From the sequence record PV340851.1: a DNA stretch of 64,000 nt; one strand, 5' to 3'. Position numbers and translations under genes: made by a program. The notes under the pieces are model-generated. The model was not told the origin of the DNA and searched no databases. It worked only from the letters and a program-made list of their open reading frames with translations. Shown one piece after another: positions 47,783-54,923 of the stretch. Positions within the stretch are counted from its first letter, which is position 1; every line of letters begins with the position of its first letter.

Positions 47783-48803
47783 GACCACCAAACATAGCTC
47801 TCATTCCATTCAAAACCTTGGCTGTGAAAGCACCAAGACGGCGCGACTCAAAACGTGCCCACAACGCACTGCTGATGACAGGAGCGGGTACGCCAAGATC
47901 CACAGCAGCGTGAACAGTCCAACGACCCTCACCACTGTCTGATACGCCCCCATCGAACTTGCTAAGCTCTCGATCGCTGCGTAGTACATCAGCGGTAAGA
48001 TCAAGTAACCAACTGCCAACCACGCTACCGCGACGCCAACACTCAGCAACCTCAGCAACGTCAATATCATACTGATAGTCCCTTGGATTATCCATAGGAG
48101 CGACCTCAGCATCGCCCTCCTTAACGTACTTCGACCCAGCATTTGCTTCATGCAGGATATTAAATCCTTCTGCATATGCTTGCATGATTCCATATTCGAT
48201 TCCATTATGAACCATCTTTACAAAGTGACCTGCCCCAGCTGGTCCACAGTGTAACCAACCACGTTCAGCAGGTGACTCCCAGCTTCTCTCATCGGTTCTA
48301 GGGGCGGCATCGATTCCTGGTGCGAGCGCATTAAATATACGCGAACAAGCGGAGACTGCAGTATCTCCGCCCCCAACCATAAGACAGTATCCACGATCCA
48401 AGCCGTAGACACCACCGCTAGTACCACAGTCAATATATTGGATACCCAATTTTGCAAGACGTTCTGCTCTTTGCCTACTGTCTTTAAAATTGCTATTGCC
48501 ATGATCAATAATAATATCTCCTTCACTACAATATCGTAGTAAGTCATTGATAGTGTCCTCCACTAGTTCAGCTGGGATAACTAATTGAAAAATAGCAGGA
48601 ACTCTACCTGCAGAACCGCCATTGTGTAGCACTTCTGCTAGTTGCTCTAGACCATAAGCAATGCCATAGACATATCCTTTTTCATATGCTTCTTCTGCCT
48701 TCTTGAGGTTACGTCTGTAACCCCATGTCTCGATCCCTGCTGCCATCATACGGCGAGACATGCCCTCACCCATACGACCGAGACCTATAATACCAACCTT
48801 CAT
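47769..48803 (-). CDS. gnd: 6-phosphogluconate dehydrogenase
   Basis: GIIGLGRMG, GHFVKMVHNGIEYG and DSGEGRW; start moved to MKVGIIG. Confidence 0.97.
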   Translation of the reverse strand: MKVGIIGLGRMGEGMSRRMMAAGIETWGYRRNLKKAEEAYEKGYVYGIAYGLEQLAEVLHNGGSAGRVPAIFQLVIPAELVEDTINDLLRYCSEGDIIIDHGNSNFKDSRQRAERLAKLGIQYIDCGTSGGVYGLDRGYCLMVGGGDTAVSACSRIFNALAPGIDAAPRTDERSWESPAERGWLHCGPAGAGHFVKMVHNGIEYGIMQAYAEGFNILHEANAGSKYVKEGDAEVAPMDNPRDYQYDIDVAEVAECWRRGSVVGSWLLDLTADVLRSDRELSKFDGGVSDSGEGRWTVHAAVDLGVPAPVISSALWARFESRRLGAFTAKVLNGMRAMFGGHDVR

Positions 48804-48804
48804 C

Positions 48805-48945
48805 TTAGGTTCGGTCGGATTCGTTTCTAAATCTGTCTGCAAGTCTTCCATAGTGTCTGAATTGTTTATCTCCTGCAATAAAGCAGCGTTGTCTTTTTTC
48901 AAGTGCTTCTACGATCATCTCGTATTCTCTAGATGTTAATTCCAT
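48805..48945 (-). CDS. Hypothetical protein
   Basis: MELTSREYEMIVEALEKRQR... Confidence 0.55.
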   Translation of the reverse strand: MELTSREYEMIVEALEKRQRCFIAGDKQFRHYGRLADRFRNESDRT

Positions 48946-49034
48946 ATTACTGTGCTGATGGATAAGCGTTGTGTAAACTCCACACAACTAAACTAGTTAT
49001 AACACTAAAAATAGTGAAAGTTGAGAACACTAAA

Positions 49035-49202
49035 TTAATGCTTTTCATTAGATTCAACTTCTAGATTTTGATCTCGGTAGAGATTTAATTTAGATTGCAG
49101 TTCATCATAAATGTCCCACAAATATTCTGATCCTGTTTTATCTTTGTAGCATTCCACTGCTCGGATGCAGCGAAGAATATCGTCTTCGTTTAGGTGGTAC
49201 AT
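49035..49202 (-). CDS. Hypothetical protein (55 aa); not in the ORF track
   Basis: Manual translation MYHLNEDDILRCIRAVECYKDKTGSEYLWDIYDEL...; minus-strand CTAAATA at 49224-49230. Confidence 0.65.
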   Translation of the reverse strand: MYHLNEDDILRCIRAVECYKDKTGSEYLWDIYDELQSKLNLYRDQNLEVESNEKH

Positions 49203-49243
49203 TCGTTCGGCCGTGGTCCAAAATATTTAGTGTCACACTCCAC

Positions 49244-49272
49244 TTGACACCTCTCCAATGTGGTGATATACT
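49244..49272 (+). promoter_or_regulatory. Sigma70 promoter TTGACA-N17-TATACT
   Basis: Near-consensus; upstream of ORF 49302. Confidence 0.85.
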
Positions 49273-49301
49273 AGTATAGTACAGTCATTTGAGAAATCTT
49301 A

Positions 49302-49793
49302 ATGATCGTTGCAGAATTGCCCCCCATCCCTATTGAGCAGGTGGTTTGCAAGGACTGTAATTACAACGAAAAGTTTACATTGTCCTTCCTCCAGAAGCGT
49401 GGAATCACCAACCAGTATGCTCTTGCTACTGTGATGGGTAACATCAAACAGGAGTCACGATTCCATACCAATATCTGTGAAGGTGGTGCTCGCGTACCAT
49501 ATCATCAATGCTATAGTGGTGGGTATGGTCTTATTCAATGGACTAGCATCAACCGCTATCGTGGTCTTGGTGCTTTCTGTGCTAAATATGGTCTGGATCC
49601 CAGCGGTATCGATGGTCAACTGCGTTACATGGTTAACGAATCTCAGTGGACTAAATATGAATTGGTACTGAAGGGCAAAGGATTTTCTATCGAGCACTTC
49701 ATGAACCATGCCTATCCTTGGTTGGGTTGGGGTATCCATGGGAATCGTACAATGTATTCCTATGAGTATCTTGACAAGTTTACTTTCTCCTAG
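49302..49793 (+). CDS. Lysozyme-like protein (phage tail lysozyme-type fold)
   Basis: MGNIKQES (catalytic Glu) and GYGLIQWT. Confidence 0.7.
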   Translation: MIVAELPPIPIEQVVCKDCNYNEKFTLSFLQKRGITNQYALATVMGNIKQESRFHTNICEGGARVPYHQCYSGGYGLIQWTSINRYRGLGAFCAKYGLDPSGIDGQLRYMVNESQWTKYELVLKGKGFSIEHFMNHAYPWLGWGIHGNRTMYSYEYLDKFTFS

Positions 49794-49799
49794 TATAAT
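49771..49799 (+). promoter_or_regulatory. Consensus sigma70 promoter for the tRNA operon
   Basis: TTGACA-N17-TATAAT, with the -35 inside the preceding gene. Confidence 0.85.
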
Positions 49800-49831
49800 T
49801 ACAGGGTCGAGAGGCAGTCCGCCTCTCACAT

Positions 49832-49905
<74 letters not shown>

Positions 49906-49909
49906 CCTC

Positions 49910-49981
49910 GCTTGCTTAGCTCAGCGGTAGAGCATCTCGTTTACACCGAGGCGGTCGGCGGTTCGATCCCGTCAGCAAGCA
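49910..49981 (+). tRNA. tRNA-Val (anticodon TAC)
   Basis: Acceptor stem GCTTGCT/AGCAAGC; anticodon loop TTTACAC; T loop GTTCGAT; CCA not encoded. Confidence 0.96.
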
Positions 49982-49997
49982 TTGTCTACTACATACT

Positions 49998-50174
49998 ATG
50001 GACAAGAAAAAAATTAAAGAAGAACTGCAAGAAATTAAATTAGAGTTGGCATACATTAGAGGTATGCTAACTAATTTAGAACGTGAGGTGAGTCCTAAAC
50101 CACCTCGCGTTGAGTACGAGCATCCATGGTATGCGTATAAACGTGACCTTGTAAATAGTGTTTCCGAGGACTAG
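49998..50174 (+). CDS. Hypothetical coiled-coil protein (58 aa); not in the ORF track
   Basis: Manual translation MDKKKIKEELQEIKLELAYIRGML... Confidence 0.6.
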   Translation: MDKKKIKEELQEIKLELAYIRGMLTNLEREVSPKPPRVEYEHPWYAYKRDLVNSVSED

Positions 50175-50203
50175 ACCTCGATTGAAAGTTATTATCAAAA
50201 CTA

Positions 50204-50851
50204 ATGAAAATTTTTCTCGATACAGCTGACTATGATGCCATTGCCGAGCGTTATGCTACTGGTTTGGTTGATGGCATCACTACAAATCCTACACTAGTTC
50301 GTAAGTCTGGTGTGGACTACCTAGAGTTCATCCAGACACTGGCAAATAACTTTGCCTTTGAAAGTATCTCTGCTGAAGTCAATGGCGACACAGCAGATGA
50401 GATGCTTCGTGATGCTGCAAAGTATATCGAAGTAGGTTCTAACGTCACGATCAAACTTCCCCTCACTAAGGAGGGTCTGATCGCCTGTAAGGAACTGACT
50501 GATGATGGAGTGGAGACTAACGTCACCCTCTGCTTCAGCGCCGCACAAGCAGTCATGGCAGCGAAAGCAGGTGCCACATACATCTCACCTTTTGTGGGAC
50601 GTATGAATGACAACTCCTTCAGTGGTGTTGAACTGGTTCGTGCTATCACTGGTTTGTATTGTGCTCAGGGTGCCAAGACTAAGGTTCTTGCTGCATCCCT
50701 GCGTGATGTCCACCACGTCTCCCGTTGCCTGATGTATGGTGCCAATGTTGTAACATTGCCCCCAACAGTCTTCGATAAGATGTATAATCACGTACTGACA
50801 GACTCAGGTCTGGCAATTTTTGCAAAAGATTTTAAAGAGATCAATGGTTGA
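50204..50851 (+). CDS. talC: Transaldolase (TalC/MipB type)
   Basis: IFLDTAD, GITTNPTL, VTIKLP and YISPFVGR. Confidence 0.97.
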   Translation: MKIFLDTADYDAIAERYATGLVDGITTNPTLVRKSGVDYLEFIQTLANNFAFESISAEVNGDTADEMLRDAAKYIEVGSNVTIKLPLTKEGLIACKELTDDGVETNVTLCFSAAQAVMAAKAGATYISPFVGRMNDNSFSGVELVRAITGLYCAQGAKTKVLAASLRDVHHVSRCLMYGANVVTLPPTVFDKMYNHVLTDSGLAIFAKDFKEING

Positions 50852-51056
50852 ATTGAGTATTGTAGAATTCGAGAAAGACTTTGATGCATACATGGATCGC
50901 ATTGAAGCAGGTGAATCATTCATCATTCGCCAACCAGATGGTCGTGGCGTAGTTGCCTGTCCTGCTGGTGAGATTGAAGAAATCTGTGATAAACTTGGTG
51001 TGGAAGATGTTGATGAACTAGTTGACATTCATTCAAATCATGATGAAGCTTGTTAA
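50844..51056 (+). CDS. Phd/YefM antitoxin-like small protein
   Basis: LSIVEFEKDFDAYMDRIEAGESFIIRQPDGRGVV fits the Phd N-terminal pattern. Confidence 0.5.
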   Translation: MVELSIVEFEKDFDAYMDRIEAGESFIIRQPDGRGVVACPAGEIEEICDKLGVEDVDELVDIHSNHDEAC

Positions 51057-51378
51057 GTTATTAGCAAAGATACCAGAAAGACATTACTTTCCTATCTTTA
51101 TTATTCTCTCGCTGTATTTTGTTGTTCCTTACAGTGAGTTTGTAGTAACACTGACGGCACCTCTCTACTTTGTTTTTGAGATGCCTATCCGTAGTGCAAT
51201 TGGGAAACTGTCACTCCCTCCCTTGCTTACCTATGCAGGAAGCACTATATTCTTTCTGGTCATGATCGATGACACACTGTTCTACGTTGCATTGATCGTC
51301 CTAGCATTCTGGTGCTCAAGGCAGTTGCCAAAGTACAGAGAGAGTGCTACAATTGATAAGTCAGCAAGCGACCCATGA
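51040..51378 (+). CDS. Multi-pass membrane protein
   Basis: Three to four hydrophobic segments. Confidence 0.7.
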   Translation: MMKLVKLLAKIPERHYFPIFIILSLYFVVPYSEFVVTLTAPLYFVFEMPIRSAIGKLSLPPLLTYAGSTIFFLVMIDDTLFYVALIVLAFWCSRQLPKYRESATIDKSASDP

Positions 51379-51653
51379 ACGATCTAGACCCCAAGTCTGT
51401 TGCATCAACAAAGACTACTGTAATCCACGAACGATATCCATATCGTTATGTACAAAAGGGTTACATCAAACTCAATGGTAAACCTGACCTGCGTCTCCAG
51501 AAAGCAGATGAGTATACTAAAAAGTATACTGACATCTATCTCTTTGACAACGCTGATCAATGCTTCCTTGCCATTGAAGACTTCGAGTATGCCAAGTGGT
51601 TAGACCCCGAAGGTGTTCCTTGCTATATTAAAGATACTGTTTCCAACAACTGA
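51375..51653 (+). CDS. Hypothetical protein
   Basis: ERYPYRYVQKG...EDFEYAKWLDP. Confidence 0.75.
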   Translation: MNDLDPKSVASTKTTVIHERYPYRYVQKGYIKLNGKPDLRLQKADEYTKKYTDIYLFDNADQCFLAIEDFEYAKWLDPEGVPCYIKDTVSNN

Positions 51654-51660
51654 GGTTATT

Positions 51661-51942
51661 ATGTGCAACTCAAGTTCCGATCTAGATTTCATGCGCGACG
51701 TACTTGTTCGTGCCTTTGAAGAACGTCGCGATAATCTTATCAGCGACCTGTTCAATCTCTATGAAGAAGTGCGAGAAAGTGTTGGTGAAGAAGAGACTTC
51801 TAGTGCTGAGTTCCTGACTGAGAACCTGGGCAACATCACTATCCAGACACAGCAAGGCGCAGAACCTATTACATTTGGTGCAGCTGCGCCTGTAGAAACG
51901 ACCAACTTCTCCTTGGGAGAAGACGTAATTAGTTTTAGTTAA
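51661..51942 (+). CDS. Hypothetical acidic protein
   Basis: GAGG SD before ATG 51661. Confidence 0.7.
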   Translation: MCNSSSDLDFMRDVLVRAFEERRDNLISDLFNLYEEVRESVGEEETSSAEFLTENLGNITIQTQQGAEPITFGAAAPVETTNFSLGEDVISFS

Positions 51943-53396
51943 TGAAGATAGTAATTGTTGGTGGTGGTACGATAGGGTGGTTAGCAACGCTATACCTCTC
52001 AAAGGGACACAACGTTGTCAATATATCCACAGATGAGATTCCTATCATCGGTGTGGGTGAAGGTACTACTGGAAAGTTCCTTGACATTTTTAAGGGCACC
52101 AATGTTACTGAGTTGATGATTGCATTTGATGCCTTACCAAAATTAGGTATCAAGTTCAATGGGTGGAGCAGTCATAAAGATACTTTCTTTTCTCCATTAG
52201 ATGGTACTGATACTGCACACTACTACTTAGATTATTCAACATATGCCCAAACATTTGTTGATCATGGTATAGGTACAATCAGTGACTTGTCCATTCTTGC
52301 TCATGCTGGTGCTAGTAATTACTATGCTACCGAGAATGTATTGAATCTAGACTATGCATCGCATGGTCTGCATATTGATGCATACAAAACTGCTGCAGCA
52401 TTGAAGGACCAGTGCATTGAAGATAATGTTCTACACTATGACAATAAAGTAGTCAAAGTAAATCGAAAGCAAGGAAAAGTTTCTTCACTTAAACTTGACG
52501 ATGGTAGATCTGTCCGAGCAGATTTGTACATTGATTGTTCTGGATTCTCTAGAGTCCTGAATAATGATATGGGATGGGTAGACTACACTGAATATCTACC
52601 TGTCAATCGTGCTTTGATTTATGATGGCGGTGATGGCAAACGTGCTCCATATACTATTGCTACTGCAAAGAAGTATGGATGGACATGGGAAATTCCTACC
52701 AGAAATAAAATTGGTAGAGGATATGTATACTGTGATAAGTATGCATCTGAGGATGACATTCTAGAAGAACTAGGAGACGTAGAAAAACTCAGATCAATTG
52801 AGTTTGAATCAGGACGAATCGAACAATTCATCAAGGGCAATGTTATAAGTATTGGTTTGTCCTCTGGTTTCCTAGAACCTCTGCAAGCAACTAGCATTCA
52901 CTGTGCTATAATGCAGATGGAATTGTTGCACTACTCATTCCCAGATGAGGATTTTATTGATAATGAATTATCTGCTGCACGATACAATGAATTGTGTGGT
53001 AGATTGTATGATGACATGAGAGACTTTGTTGCCTTGCATTATACAGGTGGCAAAACAGATAGTGAGTTCTGGAAATCTATGAAGACTCCAGAGCGTACTC
53101 TCAACCTCATTAGACTTGCCAACACTAGACTGCTCAGATCATTTGATTTTGAACATACATCTGGTACTGTAAAGCAGGAGTCATGGAATCCCATACTCCA
53201 AGGATTGGGACACCTTAACAAGTGTTCCATCCCTACAGTATTTGATGCAGATGGTGCTAATATGCAATGGTGGATCACCAAAAATGAGGATCGCATTGCC
53301 CAAGTTCAGTCTGAAGTCTTAGAAAAAAACTACTTGACAACAGACAAACTTAATGATATACTGAAGTCTGTCTCAAACAGTCCCGAAAAGACTTAA
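51942..53396 (+). CDS. Tryptophan halogenase-like flavoprotein
   Basis: VGGGTIGW, IGVGEGT, YIDCSGF, WTWEIP and SGFLEPLQAT. Confidence 0.9.
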   Translation: MKIVIVGGGTIGWLATLYLSKGHNVVNISTDEIPIIGVGEGTTGKFLDIFKGTNVTELMIAFDALPKLGIKFNGWSSHKDTFFSPLDGTDTAHYYLDYSTYAQTFVDHGIGTISDLSILAHAGASNYYATENVLNLDYASHGLHIDAYKTAAALKDQCIEDNVLHYDNKVVKVNRKQGKVSSLKLDDGRSVRADLYIDCSGFSRVLNNDMGWVDYTEYLPVNRALIYDGGDGKRAPYTIATAKKYGWTWEIPTRNKIGRGYVYCDKYASEDDILEELGDVEKLRSIEFESGRIEQFIKGNVISIGLSSGFLEPLQATSIHCAIMQMELLHYSFPDEDFIDNELSAARYNELCGRLYDDMRDFVALHYTGGKTDSEFWKSMKTPERTLNLIRLANTRLLRSFDFEHTSGTVKQESWNPILQGLGHLNKCSIPTVFDADGANMQWWITKNEDRIAQVQSEVLEKNYLTTDKLNDILKSVSNSPEKT

Positions 53397-53399
53397 AAC

Positions 53400-53581
53400 T
53401 TGCTCTGGTCGGGATGGTCTCTTGACCCCCTAGGTTTCTTTGTTCCTAAAACAAAGTGGTGCGGATGGGATACCTCCCGCCAGGTTTCTTATTTCCTGTC
53501 AAAGAATAAGTGGTGGATCCAATTGACCCCTTCCGTGTGGTTGGTTCTTGTTTACAACTAAAACAAACAAGTGGCGAGCAT
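53400..53581 (+). ncRNA. Structured RNA with three hairpin-pseudoknot modules, possibly the manA RNA motif
   Basis: Closing stem TGCTC/GAGCA; three modules each ending AAGTGG with covarying pairs. The family name is from memory only. Confidence 0.7.
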
Positions 53582-53708
53582 AAACACACACAACTGTCAC
53601 AAGGCTGTTTACTTTTGTGACATTTCTGTGCTATATAATGTCCACGTAGACTAGTCGAGTCTACTAAATCTGCGGGTAACCATTCCGCAAGTAACTAAAG
53701 GTATAAAA

Positions 53709-54080
53709 ATGATCAAATCTGTATTCGCAGCAACCGCTGCTCTCTCCATGTCCGCTGGCGCTGCGTTCGCAGGTCCCTACGTTAACGTAGAAGCGAACTC
53801 TGGTTGGACTGGCTCGAATTATTCGGGTACAACGACAGACGCTCACGTAGGCTACGAAGGTGCTCTGGGTGATTCTGGTTCCTGGTACGTCCAGGGCGGC
53901 GCTAGTTTCGTCTCCCCTGATGGCGGCGAGACCGACACCGTTCCTTCTGGTAAGGCAGGTCTGGGTCTGGGTCTTACCGAGCGCCTGGGTGCTTATGGTG
54001 AAGTCTCCTTCATTGGTTCTGGCGATGCTGACATCGACCGTGGTTATGGAACTAAGGTAGGTCTGAAGTATAACTTCTGA
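53709..54080 (+). CDS. Small outer-membrane beta-barrel protein (host-like)
   Basis: Signal peptide ...AGAAFA|GPYV, amphipathic strands and a C-terminal KYNF signature. Confidence 0.8.
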   Translation: MIKSVFAATAALSMSAGAAFAGPYVNVEANSGWTGSNYSGTTTDAHVGYEGALGDSGSWYVQGGASFVSPDGGETDTVPSGKAGLGLGLTERLGAYGEVSFIGSGDADIDRGYGTKVGLKYNF

Positions 54081-54103
54081 TTTCTATAAGCAAATCTAAA
54101 CAC

Positions 54104-54140
54104 AGAGGGGCTTGACGCCCCTCTTTTTTTGCTATATAAT
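54104..54140 (+). terminator. Terminator hairpin carrying the -35 of the hli promoter
   Basis: AGAGGGGC-TTGAC-GCCCCTCT plus T tract; TTGACG(54112)-N17-TATAAT(54135). Confidence 0.75.
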
Positions 54141-54157
54141 ATGTAAAGATTCGTAAC
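54140..54157 (-). promoter_or_regulatory. HLR1 (RpaB-binding)-like direct repeat
   Basis: Minus strand GTTACGAA-TC-TTTACATA; one mismatch to (G/T)TTACA(T/A)(T/A)-N2-(G/T)TTACA(T/A)(T/A). Confidence 0.55.
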
Positions 54158-54167
54158 AAACAAACAA

Positions 54168-54371
54168 ATGACAGTCACCACGAATGAGTTCGGACAACAA
54201 AACATCTTTGCTAAAGAACCACCAATGGTTGTAGAATCCTACAACAATAAAGGTTTGGATTCGCCCCAACAATACATTGAAAAGTACAATGGTCGTTGGG
54301 CAATGATGGGTATCATTTCTGGTGCTCTGTCCTATGTTATCACTGGCAAATTATTCTTTGGCATTTTTTGA
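54168..54371 (+). CDS. hli: High-light-inducible protein
   Basis: EKYNGRWAMMG chlorophyll-binding motif. Confidence 0.92.
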   Translation: MTVTTNEFGQQNIFAKEPPMVVESYNNKGLDSPQQYIEKYNGRWAMMGIISGALSYVITGKLFFGIF

Positions 54372-54608
54372 ATGAAGTTTACACAAGAAGATTTTTGGGA
54401 AACCATGCAAACACTTGGATGGAATCCAATGGATGACATTCACATTGAGATTGGTGGTACTTCTGTCTATGGTATTGATGGGGACGGTTCTAAATGGGCA
54501 CCCCTTAAGGGAACTGTTAAATATAACAAGGATGCGTTCATTGTTATCAAGAACAAGTCTCGCTCTCCCGTAGTACCTAGCAATGGCAAACCCGAATCAA
54601 CTGTTTGA
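54372..54608 (+). CDS. Hypothetical protein
   Basis: IEIGGTSVYGIDG...KWAP; within the hli cluster. Confidence 0.75.
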   Translation: MKFTQEDFWETMQTLGWNPMDDIHIEIGGTSVYGIDGDGSKWAPLKGTVKYNKDAFIVIKNKSRSPVVPSNGKPESTV

Positions 54609-54732
54609 AGACATGCAGAAACTGGATGACATGTACGAAGAACTTCTTTGGCATCCAGATGATGAACTGCAGTTCACTCACGATGGTGAACGAATAATCA
54701 TTTACAACAAAACACTGGAGAAAAAACAATGA
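54583..54732 (+). CDS. Hypothetical protein (49 aa); not in the ORF track
   Basis: Manual translation MANPNQLFEDMQKLDDMYEELLWHPDDEL...; ATGA-coupled to the second hli. Confidence 0.7.
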   Translation: MANPNQLFEDMQKLDDMYEELLWHPDDELQFTHDGERIIIYNKTLEKKQ

Positions 54733-54848
54733 AATTTGGATTCACAGAAGAGGCAGAAATCCTCAACGCACGTCTAGCAATGATTGGATTCGTTGCAGGT
54801 GTAGGTGCATACCTCACCACTGGTCAACTTATCCCTGGCGTCTGGTAA
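54729..54848 (+). CDS. hli: High-light-inducible protein (39 aa); not in the ORF track
   Basis: MKFGFTEEAEILNARLAMIGFVAGVGAYLTTGQLIPGVW. Confidence 0.93.
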   Translation: MKFGFTEEAEILNARLAMIGFVAGVGAYLTTGQLIPGVW

Positions 54849-54874
54849 TAAATAAAGTATATCGTCGTCGCACT

Positions 54875-54913
54875 AAAAGACCCCCCTGGCAAAAACCAGA
54901 AGGGGTCTTTTTT
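54875..54913. terminator. Bidirectional terminator between convergent blocks
   Basis: AAAAGACCCC...GGGGTCTTTT with A and T flanks. Confidence 0.8.
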
Positions 54914-54923
54914 ATGTCTTGAA

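Noticed and set aside
53431-53574. CRISPR-like mini-array interpretation of the three AAGTGG-ending units
   Set aside because: The units covary structurally rather than repeating in sequence, the spacers are irregular, and there are no cas genes.
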